Counted from the stretch's first letter, positions 9,687 through 18,012 are shown. The stretch is 26,854 bases of DNA from a virus (IMGVR_UViG_2737471839_000017:1-26854), one strand, 5' to 3'. Notes: generated by a model from the letters alone, not told the origin. Numbers and translations are program-made.

Positions 9687-11362
9687 TGTGATTGCCCACC
9701 CTGACCACTAACTGCATTCGCCATAGCTGACAAAACACTCGGATCCGAAGTTTTAGCTTCGCTTAGCGTCTTGGCACCCTGTGCCGCCGCCATCCCCATC
9801 GCCATCATTTGTTGCTGCTGTTGTTGCTGTGCCCGTTGCTGGCGAGCCTGCTCAACCTGTTCCTGCGGAACAATGACGGTTGGAGACACTCCGGACATAT
9901 CAGCGAATGCATCGATCGCCTGATCAACGTTGAGTTTGTCGAGAGCTTCTGGTTTCGCTTGCGCAAGTTGACCAATGAAGTTAACCGTGGACGCCAGACT
10001 GGACAGGCCGATAGACTTCTGCGCCTGAGCCATGACAGAAATGTATTCGACCTTCAGGGGCATACCTTCCATCGCGTCAGGCGGTGGCGGCAGCATGTTT
10101 TTACGCACCATCATCGAGAAAGCGCGGTCAATGAGAGGATTAAGACATTCGTCGTTCAGACGCTCCAGAACCGGCCCCAACATCAGAAGTTTTTCTTCTT
10201 TCATTTCGATCACTGCTTCAACAGGCATCGAGCGGGTATTGATGTTCTGCAACATCATGAACAGATCGACAAAGTAGGCGCTGTTAATGATTTGGCGAGT
10301 GTCCTGAATGTCTGCTACCAGATCTGCTGTACTGGGGTTAACCAGATAAGCAGGCCTGAAACCATCCTGACCAGTAATCTGATCGATATACGTGATGTCG
10401 CCAGGAAGAAGGGATGCGCGCTGATTCTTGAGGGAAGTCGGAGCAACCATCGGCGGATTGGTGGCTTTATCAATCAACTGTGACTTACGCTTCTGGAGAA
10501 GCTGCAATGCCTTAACAGGTCCAAGCGCCAGCATACCCGGGCATGATGATCCATAAACATCTTCGCCGTTAACTTCCCAGCGCGGAGCCATAATTGGAAA
10601 CTCATCGAATCCGGACTCACGCAACAACTTGTCGTTATCGCCGCCAACCTCGTAATAAACCGATTTGAATGGCTTGTTCTTGCTATCCAACTTCGATGTA
10701 TCGCGGTCAATGTTCGGGTAAACCGAATGCATCACTTCAATCCACTTCTCGTAGGTGCCTCTTTCCCACATGCTTTTTACGGATTCGCTGACGTTATTTA
10801 GCCCGAACTCCTGAACAAGCTGACGAACAGTCATAGAGAACTTGCGAAAACAGGTGTCAACACTGCCACGAGGTGAGTTAGCCAGGTAGTAACTGCCTAT
10901 CGGGAATGGCATTGTGCGAATGATGTCCTCATCATCCTCTAGTACCGCCATTGCACCGGTGCTGTATGTGCCGAGGCTTCCGTATAACTGCGGCAGCGAC
11001 TGATAGAGATTCGACTTATTGAACATATCGTTCATGCGGTTCTGCACCGCCTCAAGCCACAACTTAACAGGGCCATAATCCATCATTTCAGGATCTGGCG
11101 TAGCCAGGCGAAACCACGGACGGGCGGGGCTTGTGATGCCAGACATCATGCCGCTGGCGAGAGTGCGCGCCGCCATAGTCCCGGTCGAATCAATAATGCG
11201 TGTATTGCGTCGATCGTTACGGTTGACCTCAGAAGTCAGAAAGCGGGAACCACGCGGGTTGATGTAATCACTCAACTCGCGCCAGTGCGGTTCGAACGAC
11301 TGACGCTCGCTTTCAAGTTGTGCGAACTGTTTGTTCAATCGCTCTTTAGTTGTTTCCGCCAT
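9683..11362 (-). CDS. Portal / head-to-tail connector protein (559 aa)
   Basis: Size; C-terminal Gln/Ala/Met-rich tail (QQQQQQQMMAMGMAAAQGA) resembling the T7 gp8 C-terminus from memory; RBS GGAG; sits between terminase and scaffold. Confidence 0.75.
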   Translation of the reverse strand: MAETTKERLNKQFAQLESERQSFEPHWRELSDYINPRGSRFLTSEVNRNDRRNTRIIDSTGTMAARTLASGMMSGITSPARPWFRLATPDPEMMDYGPVKLWLEAVQNRMNDMFNKSNLYQSLPQLYGSLGTYSTGAMAVLEDDEDIIRTMPFPIGSYYLANSPRGSVDTCFRKFSMTVRQLVQEFGLNNVSESVKSMWERGTYEKWIEVMHSVYPNIDRDTSKLDSKNKPFKSVYYEVGGDNDKLLRESGFDEFPIMAPRWEVNGEDVYGSSCPGMLALGPVKALQLLQKRKSQLIDKATNPPMVAPTSLKNQRASLLPGDITYIDQITGQDGFRPAYLVNPSTADLVADIQDTRQIINSAYFVDLFMMLQNINTRSMPVEAVIEMKEEKLLMLGPVLERLNDECLNPLIDRAFSMMVRKNMLPPPPDAMEGMPLKVEYISVMAQAQKSIGLSSLASTVNFIGQLAQAKPEALDKLNVDQAIDAFADMSGVSPTVIVPQEQVEQARQQRAQQQQQQQMMAMGMAAAQGAKTLSEAKTSDPSVLSAMANAVSGQGGQSQ

Positions 11363-11376
11363 TTCAATGACTCCGG

Positions 11377-11583
11377 TTACTGACCAAGCAGCGTTTTACC
11401 GCTGGTATTAGCGGTTGATGTGTCGCCCTGAGAACCGGTAAGCAGCGTAGAACTACGACCAGCAGCAGCGCGACGGCGACGTGTTTCTTCGTCGCGGGCA
11501 TCAACAACGGCGGCATCCTGCTCCTGTGGTGCTGCCTGAACTTCTGGTGTTGCAGGCACTGATGGTGAGCTACCCATGCACAT
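11377..11583 (-). CDS. Small acidic Ala-rich protein (68 aa), first gene of the head operon
   Basis: ORF with GGAG RBS; the overlapping 11364-11603 frame is judged less likely. Confidence 0.3.
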   Translation of the reverse strand: MCMGSSPSVPATPEVQAAPQEQDAAVVDARDEETRRRRAAAGRSSTLLTGSQGDTSTANTSGKTLLGQ

Positions 11584-11651
11584 ATCAATGACTCCGTACG
11601 CAATTAAATTATTACCAATTTAACCACATATGATTTATTTATCGTAGATAG

Positions 11652-11688
11652 TTGACATTTAACGCACGAATTATTACCTTTCAGGTAA
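11652..11688 (+). promoter_or_regulatory. Candidate promoter (TTGACA at 11652-11657) with overlapping operator palindrome TTACCTTTCAGGTAA (11674-11688)
   Basis: Perfect -35 hexamer; weak -10 (TACCTT); operator-family site lies over the -10/+1 region. Confidence 0.3.
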
Positions 11689-12010
11689 CTAAAGAGTTCA
11701 TTCCGGTTACTAACCTGACTGGCTTGTCGTTAAATTGAACAGGTGGAGTGAGCTTTTATTTTGAGCAGTACGGCGTATGGCACATGCGCCGATAGCGGTC
11801 TGGATACGTTTAAGGGGCACCCTCCCTTGCTCGGGCAAACGAACCAGGTAGCCGGAATGTGCAAGTCGAGCGGTTTTATTCCGCGCACGGGGATTCACCA
11901 TCCCGGCGATTCGGTGTGACGCCTCGGAAGAGACGAGGGTGCAACGATGAGAGCATTTATGGAGCCGCGACAAAGTGTGGCGCCTTAACAGGCTAAGTGC
12001 TCTCAGCGTT

Positions 12011-12087
12011 GTGGCATTAGCTCAGTTGGACAGAGCAACCGCCTTCTAAGCGGTTGGTCGCAGGTTCGAATCCTGCATGCCACGCCA
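12011..12087 (+). tRNA. tRNA-Arg (anticodon UCU), 77 nt including CCA
   Basis: Hand-folded cloverleaf: acceptor GTGGCAT/ATGCCAC, D stem GCTC/GAGC, anticodon stem ACCGC/GCGGT with loop CTTCTAA, T stem GCAGG/CCTGC with TTCGAAT loop, CCA end. Confidence 0.85.
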
Positions 12088-12130
12088 GAATCACGCCTAA
12101 GGACCGTGATGCCAGAAGTTCCAGGGGCTT

Positions 12131-12173
12131 GGCGGTGATGGTTTCCCTTGAAGGACTATCACCGCCCTTTTTA
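12131..12173 (+). terminator. Intrinsic terminator downstream of the tRNA
   Basis: 9-bp stem GGCGGTGAT / ATCACCGCC with an 18-nt loop, followed by CTTTTT. Confidence 0.55.
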
Positions 12174-12250
12174 CAGCAGGACGCCATTGCGATGGCTTCA
12201 TGCTGTAAACCAGTACAGCCACGGAAGGCATAACTCATTGCTTCCAGTTC

Positions 12251-12274
12251 GCCCGGTTCGCCGGGCATTTTTTT
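12251..12274 (+). terminator. Second intrinsic terminator/attenuator immediately upstream of the 12286 ORF
   Basis: GCCCGG-ttcg-CCGGGC hairpin followed by ATTTTTTT; the T-run abuts the RBS AAGGTGAG. Confidence 0.5.
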
Positions 12275-12285
12275 AAGGTGAGATT

Positions 12286-12657
12286 ATGAACGACAAGCAA
12301 ATCGAAAAAGAAATCGTTGAGAAAGGCAAAACGGCACCGCGCGTTACGCCAGACCATATCGAAGGCATTATTGCTCAGGAGGCATATTTCACAGCAGAAG
12401 ATGGTGCCTTTGGCAAAGCCATAAAAGCGAAACATACTGGCGGAGAGGTAAACTACCAGCCGCACGAATCACTTTCTCTGCTGACGTTCTGCGTCCTGGT
12501 GCTGCGCAACGGCTTCACCGTCACCGGAGAGAGCGCCTGTGCAAGCCCGGAAAACTTTGATGCAGAAATTGGTCGGAAGATTGCCCGGCAGAATGCTGTA
12601 AACAAAATCTGGATGCTCGAAGGTTACTTGCTGAAGCAGAAGCTAAGCGAGCAATAA
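12286..12657 (+). CDS. Hypothetical moron protein (123 aa)
   Basis: Strong RBS AAGGTGAG 4 nt before the ATG; followed by a terminator; opposite strand to the flanking late genes. Confidence 0.6.
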   Translation: MNDKQIEKEIVEKGKTAPRVTPDHIEGIIAQEAYFTAEDGAFGKAIKAKHTGGEVNYQPHESLSLLTFCVLVLRNGFTVTGESACASPENFDAEIGRKIARQNAVNKIWMLEGYLLKQKLSEQ

Positions 12658-12677
12658 CACCGTGACATGTCACAAAC

Positions 12678-12704
12678 AGCCAGCCGATGAGCTGGCTTTG
12701 TTTT
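12678..12704. terminator. Bidirectional intrinsic terminator between the moron ORF and the terminase large subunit
   Basis: 7-bp stem AGCCAGC / GCTGGCT flanked by AAACAAA on one side and TTTGTTTT on the other. Confidence 0.5.
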
Positions 12705-12747
12705 ATCCTCACCAGAGGATATCTCCGTCATTATCCCCGCTAACGGA

Positions 12748-14223
12748 TTAAGCATAGGGATCGTAATCTGTAATGGCCTTGCCTTGCTGGTTCTGCTGCC
12801 CAGGAATTCGCAGACGCTTCGACACAGGGAAAGCAAACGTCAGCAGTAGCGCATCGCCTTTACCCGGCGAACGCCCAAGACGCTCTTTGATATCTTCCTT
12901 CGGTTCGATAACGATTTTACCGTCCACACGAACTTTGTACTCTGCCGCCGACAGGTCGTCTGCAGTTTCCTGGTCATCCAGCATGCCGCCCAGCCTCAGC
13001 CATGTCTTACATGAGTTGAACATCTCCCCACGCTTGTTAAGCATCTGCGGGTCAGTGGACGCACCGCCGAACGGAACAAGTTGCCATGTACGTCCCCAGC
13101 CATCACCGATTGACTTCAGCCCGGTTCCGTAACCGAAGTCGATGAATACTGCGTCAGCCTGGTACTGGTCTTCAAAGTCAGCGATACGCTTCGCCATAAT
13201 CAGATCGTCGGTGGTCTTGTTACCAGTCCACAGCACCTTACTGTGCAGCCCCTGCCGCAGGTATATCACCGCGTCATCAACGCCTGAATATGCCGGGTCA
13301 ACACCGATTATCACCGGAGCATGCGCCACCTGCGCAGCGGTCACCACCCGTTTCATTGCCTCATCAGTAAGACCGGTAGGGATAAACTGCAATTCAGATG
13401 CATCAGGGAATATGCCGCGCACACGGATTTTAACGAAGTCGCTGTCTTCCCCGTAGTCATCAACCCATTTCTGCAACTGCTGTTTGTTAGTGCCTTCCAC
13501 CGTCCGGCTGTCAATCTGCGCAGTTTTCCAGCGGTGTTTATATTTGCGGAAACATTCGCGAAAACGCCCGGTGTTACGTGTAGGGTTTCCGAACGCCACC
13601 CAGATAATCTCAGTGTCTTCGTCCGTAAGCGCACCCTCAGCAACTTCCCACACCAGATCCGCAATGTTCGACGCTTCATCGAATACCACGATGATGCGTT
13701 TGCGCTCGTTGTGTAGTCCGGCGAATGCCTCAGTGTTGTGCTCAGACCAGGGTATTGCGTCAGCCCGCCACCGCTTGTCGTGCCCAGGGTCATTGCTGTA
13801 CATCGCGGTAGCGGTACAGGTAAACCAGTCTTTCGTGATAGCAAGGTTCGACCACTTGATAATTTCCGGCCAGGTCTTCGTTCGTAGCTGGTTGTCGGTG
13901 TTGGCGGTCACCACGACCTTACAATCCTCGCAAGTGGACATGCCCCAGTTGATCAGCATTGAGATGAATGCGGATTTACCAATACCGTGACCAGAAGCGC
14001 GTGCCAGCATAAGCGGCTGATAGCGCGTCTCTGGATTCTGCAGGTGATCACGTATCTCTCGGAACGCATCAGCCTGCCACTGACGTGGACCGGTGGCATG
14101 TGCCAGTTCAGTCCCCTCTTCCCCCCACGGGAACGCATAGAGGGCATAGCCAAGCGGATCGTGAGTGAACCCTGCAATATCCTCGATCAACTGCTCTTCA
14201 GGAGATAACGCTGTATCTGTCAC
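12748..14223 (-). CDS. Terminase large subunit (491 aa)
   Basis: Walker A-like ARASGHGIGKS; C-terminal nuclease-type acidic motifs (VIIGVDPAYSG, FIDFGYG); GTG start overlapping the small-subunit stop (GTGA). Confidence 0.85.
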   Translation of the reverse strand: MTDTALSPEEQLIEDIAGFTHDPLGYALYAFPWGEEGTELAHATGPRQWQADAFREIRDHLQNPETRYQPLMLARASGHGIGKSAFISMLINWGMSTCEDCKVVVTANTDNQLRTKTWPEIIKWSNLAITKDWFTCTATAMYSNDPGHDKRWRADAIPWSEHNTEAFAGLHNERKRIIVVFDEASNIADLVWEVAEGALTDEDTEIIWVAFGNPTRNTGRFRECFRKYKHRWKTAQIDSRTVEGTNKQQLQKWVDDYGEDSDFVKIRVRGIFPDASELQFIPTGLTDEAMKRVVTAAQVAHAPVIIGVDPAYSGVDDAVIYLRQGLHSKVLWTGNKTTDDLIMAKRIADFEDQYQADAVFIDFGYGTGLKSIGDGWGRTWQLVPFGGASTDPQMLNKRGEMFNSCKTWLRLGGMLDDQETADDLSAAEYKVRVDGKIVIEPKEDIKERLGRSPGKGDALLLTFAFPVSKRLRIPGQQNQQGKAITDYDPYA

Positions 14224-14816
14224 TGATTACCATCCTGACGTTCTTTGAGTCGCTTCCTGGCTGCTGCTATGCGATCAGCAATTGTCACATTCACATTAAC
14301 ATCCAGACGTTCTTTGAACGCGTTGACATCAACATGCTTACCAATCAGCTCAAGGTTCTTCACCTTGTCAGGCCATTTAATTTTTTTGAGGATTGTCTCT
14401 ATCGAATCCTCGTTCATGTTCATGATGGTCGACGACAGATCAAAGCCACTAAGCGTAGTGCGCCAGATTTTCGGCCACTCGCGGATTGGCTTAAGGCTCC
14501 CATCGTCGTTGAGGATATCAATCACGTCCATCTGGTCGATCTCCACCAGGCGCATGAGAACGTAATCAGCACTGACGCGCATTCGTTTGTTGCGCTCCTC
14601 CATCAACTCGGCAATCCGTTTTTGAATGCGTTCATCGCGCATCATGACACTGGCTTTAACTGCCGCTGTATTTGGGGAAAATCCTGCGTTAATCGCTGCC
14701 TGAGTCTGGTTTTCAGGCGTTTTGATGTATGACTGGCAATAAGCCTCCTGCATTGCTGTTAGTGGCTTAAATTGCGTTGATTTGCGTTTATAGGTTTTAG
14801 GTTCAGCAGGCATCAT
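14220..14816 (-). CDS. Terminase small subunit (start probably ATG 14816 or 14813; listed ORF extends to 14894 through a terminator hairpin)
   Basis: Immediately upstream of and coupled to the large subunit; N-terminal region 'AMQEAYCQSYIKTPENQTQAAINAGFSPNTAAVKASVMM' matches the small-terminase pattern from memory. Confidence 0.65.
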   Translation of the reverse strand: MMPAEPKTYKRKSTQFKPLTAMQEAYCQSYIKTPENQTQAAINAGFSPNTAAVKASVMMRDERIQKRIAELMEERNKRMRVSADYVLMRLVEIDQMDVIDILNDDGSLKPIREWPKIWRTTLSGFDLSSTIMNMNEDSIETILKKIKWPDKVKNLELIGKHVDVNAFKERLDVNVNVTIADRIAAARKRLKERQDGNQ

Positions 14817-14856
14817 AACCACCGTGGTAATAGTTACCGTTGTGGTAATAGTACCA

Positions 14857-14885
14857 TGCAAAATAAAGCCGCCATAGTTGGCGGC
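14857..14885 (-). terminator. Intrinsic terminator upstream of the terminase genes (tR'-like candidate)
   Basis: On the minus strand GCCGCC-aactat-GGCGGC followed by TTTATTTTG. Confidence 0.5.
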
Positions 14886-14934
14886 AGTATTCAAAACCCA
14901 TCAAATTCATCATGCATAATCTACTCGTGACATG

Positions 14935-15273
14935 TCACACTATTAATTTCGTTTCATGCCAGCCTTTAGTCACCCAGCATTGCGAGTCACCATTACACGG
15001 GCATGAATTAACTGGAACTCTCTCGCCGCACTTACCGCAACGTTTTCCACTGATCGATTTTATACGCCCGTGCACGCGTGCATCATCCTGGCGGATCAGT
15101 AACGCAATATACTCACCAAATTCGTAAGGCGCACGCCCTGGGCGACGCGTGGCACAGTTACGCTCCAGCATTTCAATTTCCTGAGCATCAAGCACAATCT
15201 CCAGCTTACGCACACCAGATGCAGCTTGTCTGGCTCTCTGAGCGGCTTTGCGTTCTGCTGCGGATTTAGCCAT
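14935..15273 (-). CDS. Cys-rich small protein, late-gene regulator (Q-like antiterminator) candidate; start ATG 15273 with RBS GGAGAGAAGG (alternative 15288)
   Basis: C-terminal CGKCG...CPC cluster suggests a zinc-binding domain; last gene before a terminator and the terminase genes. Function is inferred from position. Confidence 0.4.
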   Translation of the reverse strand: MAKSAAERKAAQRARQAASGVRKLEIVLDAQEIEMLERNCATRRPGRAPYEFGEYIALLIRQDDARVHGRIKSISGKRCGKCGERVPVNSCPCNGDSQCWVTKGWHETKLIV

Positions 15274-15503
15274 CAACCTTCTCTCCATGCCTGGTTTCTG
15301 GTTTTAAGTCCATTGCGCTTGGCATTTCTCTGAATCCGTTTCAGTTCTTCCCTGGACTGCTCTGGAGTTATTTCTCCTCTCATAACTCGTTCAACAAGAC
15401 TCCTTCTAACTTCCATACTGTCAGCGATAAGACCTTGTTCTTCTAGCTTCTCGATATTCACGCGCTTATCAAGGCGAGCATCCCAACTTGAGCGTCTCAT
15501 CAT
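15273..15503 (-). CDS. Hypothetical small basic protein (76 aa)
   Basis: Strong RBS AGGAGG 5-6 nt upstream; ATGA coupling downstream. Confidence 0.5.
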   Translation of the reverse strand: MMRRSSWDARLDKRVNIEKLEEQGLIADSMEVRRSLVERVMRGEITPEQSREELKRIQRNAKRNGLKTRNQAWREG

Positions 15504-16059
15504 TCATCCTCCTGCTGTAATGCTGCAACCATGGCTTTGGTTTCAGCGATTAGATTTCGTGGTAACTGGCTACCCGCTTTTAGCATGCCTATCCCAAACA
15601 CCAGCCAGCGCTGCAGCATGTCCGCATAGCCATCCGGAGTTACCGGAGAGTTGCCGGGTTCTTTATGTGCAAGCGAGGCTCACCATCTTTTGGCTCAGGC
15701 CACTGGCGCTCCATGTTGATCTTCAATTTATCTTCCATAGCAACGGTAATTTCAGCATCGCTGATGCCAGCACGGCGCTGTGCATCCCACAACAGGAACT
15801 GCATATCAGCCCACTCGCTAAGATCGTCTGGTTCGGCTGCGGCTTCCAGAGCCTCTTTTGAGAGGTGTTTCAGTGGACCAATGGGGCCAACGCAGCCAAA
15901 TGTGGAGTCAGACCATTTGGCATGCTCGTGGCGAATCTGTTCGCGTTCCAGTAATGCCAGTGCAATTCGTGCCAGTTCCATTTGTTCGCCACGAGTAAGC
16001 CCGTTATCAAGCGGATTTTTAATGAATAATTCGATACGTTCTTTGGTTATAGTGCTCAT
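15500..16059 (-). pseudogene. DUF550-like gene apparently split by a +1 frameshift: frame A 15640-16059 (139 aa) continues in another frame 15500-15679 (59 codons)
   Basis: Second frame is open from 15679 to a TGA that overlaps the next gene's ATG; RBS AAGGAG before the ATG at 16059; the shift must lie within 15640-15679. DUF550 identity is recalled, not searched. Confidence 0.4.
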
Positions 16060-16060
16060 A

Positions 16061-16696
16061 TCACTCTCCTTTGATGCGAATGCCAGCGTCAGACATCATA
16101 TGCAGATACTCAACTGCATCCTGAACCCATTGACCGCCAATCCCGTAATAGCGATGCGTAATGATGTCGATAGTTACTAACGGGTCTTGTTCGATTAACT
16201 TCCGCAGAAACTCTTCCAGGTCACCAGTGCAGTGCTTGATGACAGGAGTTTTCCCGGGATGGCGAACAACAAGAAACTGATTTCCGACTTCACGGACTTC
16301 GTTGCTTTCCAGTTCTGCAATGCGCTTCTCTGCGGCTTCCAGCTCAACACGCAGCTTCCCTACCGTTAACGCAATATCCTCGTTCTCCTGGTCGCGGGAT
16401 TTGATGTATTGCTGGTTCCTTTCCAGCTCATCCAGCAGCGCCAAGACGGTAGCCGGATTGGCTGCGGCGATGAATTCAGCATTGGCCTGCTGTTCCATTT
16501 GGAAATCTTCATAGAAACCGCTTTCAGGATGCGCTCCTTCAATTCTGCAAATGGGAAGATATCCAACAACTTCACGATGAATTAGCGCATCACCAGCATC
16601 AAATCTCTCCTCTCCATATTCGAGCGTCCACACGCCACACGTTGCTTTTTCTGCTTTTTCACGCAGTGCCTGATAGTCAATTGTCATTCTCGCCAT
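16061..16696 (-). CDS. Ead/Ea22-like family protein candidate (start 16696 or 16687)
   Basis: N-terminal 'TIDYQALREKAEKATCGVWT' and central coiled-coil region resemble Ea22-like prophage proteins from memory. Confidence 0.5.
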   Translation of the reverse strand: MARMTIDYQALREKAEKATCGVWTLEYGEERFDAGDALIHREVVGYLPICRIEGAHPESGFYEDFQMEQQANAEFIAAANPATVLALLDELERNQQYIKSRDQENEDIALTVGKLRVELEAAEKRIAELESNEVREVGNQFLVVRHPGKTPVIKHCTGDLEEFLRKLIEQDPLVTIDIITHRYYGIGGQWVQDAVEYLHMMSDAGIRIKGE

Positions 16697-17328
16697 CCTT
16701 CACAGTTGTAATCACTACAGCCTTTAAAATCATATGGGTTGTACTGCCAGGTGATTTTTCCGCAATGCGGACAATTCCAACGCACCTTCCCGCTTCGCGA
16801 CTTCTTTCTTCTGTTCTGCTCTTTCAACCAGTCAGGCATGACCAAACCTGCGCCCTGAACCATTGTTCTGCGGTTAAAGTTATTGATATTGAACGTCCGG
16901 CGCTTTGCTGAATCAGCAATGGAAAATGGCAACCAAACTATTCCTGGTTCGTTTTTGTTGGCGACGCTAAAGATGGTCGCTTTACTGAAGTCATCTGTTG
17001 GCAATCCACCGTGTTGAAGCCAGTAAACATCGTTGCCGTTCCAGCTACCTTTTTTGTAGGCCACATACGCAGTGCAATCTGGCTCAATCAGGTTTTCTGT
17101 AGGGATGTACTGGCAATCAACGTGCCACACTGCCATTGCATCCACGCTATCAGCGCAAACAGGCTGATCGATATCTCGCCCACAATTCCAGGCTTTTTGG
17201 GCTTCTTCCAGCGTGTAAACATGAGCGCGATCGATATCAGAACTGTAACCATTGCCGTTATGGCAATGGAATGAAGCGTTATTGCCCACAGTTTCACGCG
17301 AGCACATCATGTAAAAACGGTTAGTCAC
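16684..17328 (-). CDS. Cys-rich hypothetical protein with C-terminal zinc-ribbon-like motif (214 aa; GTG start with RBS AGGAGG)
   Basis: C-terminal 'WNCPHCGKITWQYNPYDFKGCSDYNCEGW'; no recognised family. Confidence 0.5.
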   Translation of the reverse strand: MTNRFYMMCSRETVGNNASFHCHNGNGYSSDIDRAHVYTLEEAQKAWNCGRDIDQPVCADSVDAMAVWHVDCQYIPTENLIEPDCTAYVAYKKGSWNGNDVYWLQHGGLPTDDFSKATIFSVANKNEPGIVWLPFSIADSAKRRTFNINNFNRRTMVQGAGLVMPDWLKEQNRRKKSRSGKVRWNCPHCGKITWQYNPYDFKGCSDYNCEGWRE

Positions 17329-17951
17329 TGGTTGCCTCCTTTTCGAAGCTGGGCGGCGATACCTTCGAGAACGCCATCAGAGAATGAGCGGTCAAAATCG
17401 CCTTCCGGCGCATTAGCCATAAACTCAGTAGAGGTAAGAATCATCCGGGCAATATCCGCGGCGTTCTTCGCAGTATCATCAATAAAACCAGCTTCCCAGG
17501 CAGCCAGCATTCTGTTCGCCACAAAATAAGCTCCTTCCTTGCGTGCTTTAGTCCTCACTTCAGCCAGAAAAGCATCGGTTGCTGGCGTTTCGCTGTGGTG
17601 TAGGGCATCGTTGATAATCATTGCAGCAACTCCGGCCTGCCCTGCATCCGTGACCGACACATGCTCAAGAGTTACAGCCATTGCGTGTTTCAGCCCAGCA
17701 TTCTCCGCAGCCAGCGCCGAAAACTTCTCGTGTGCCAACTTAACAGCCGAATCAGCCTGTTTAATTGACTCAATGGCTCTCTGGTGGTCTTCGGCCAGCG
17801 CATTAGCACGCACCAGTTGCACTTCCAGTTGCGTTGCCAAATCGCTGATCAGCTTTGCCACACTGCGCATATCAACGGCACCACATTCTGCTTTCAGTTC
17901 CGAAGCCATCTCATGCCCGGCGGAAACTAACCCTTTGATATTACTTTCCAT
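17325..17951 (-). CDS. Coiled-coil accessory protein, Ea22-like candidate (208 aa)
   Basis: RBS GAGGG 7 nt upstream; Ala-rich helical N-terminal half. Confidence 0.5.
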   Translation of the reverse strand: MESNIKGLVSAGHEMASELKAECGAVDMRSVAKLISDLATQLEVQLVRANALAEDHQRAIESIKQADSAVKLAHEKFSALAAENAGLKHAMAVTLEHVSVTDAGQAGVAAMIINDALHHSETPATDAFLAEVRTKARKEGAYFVANRMLAAWEAGFIDDTAKNAADIARMILTSTEFMANAPEGDFDRSFSDGVLEGIAAQLRKGGNQ

Positions 17952-18012
17952 CTTTACCCTCGCTTATCCACATAACTTATTGATTACATTGATAACTAAA
18001 AAGATCGTCGAT

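Noticed and set aside
9809-10483. Plus-strand 224-aa ORF inside the portal gene
   Set aside because: Antisense to a well-supported portal gene; His/Arg-rich composition typical of a shadow ORF.
11364-11595. 11-bp repeat TCAATGACTCC (minus strand GGAGTCATTGA) before both the portal gene and the 11583 gene
   Set aside because: An 11-mer repeat is expected many times by chance in 27 kb; probably just similar ribosome-binding contexts.
11710-11973. Minus-strand 87-aa ORF in the structured non-coding region
   Set aside because: Basic, low-complexity translation without an RBS; the region is better explained as structured RNA.
12011-12087. tRNA-Arg as the integration (att) site of the prophage
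   Set aside because: It is about 13.6 kb from the integrase, inside the phage between terminase and portal, and its acceptor stem differs from the E. coli argU sequence I recall, so it is phage-encoded cargo.
12017-12268. Minus-strand 83-aa ORF
   Set aside because: Overlaps the tRNA and both terminator hairpins; spurious.
17964-17972. Perfect DnaA-box 9-mer TTATCCACA in the 17952-18012 intergenic region
   Set aside because: Single copy; about 0.2 expected by chance in a window this size, and no cluster of boxes.
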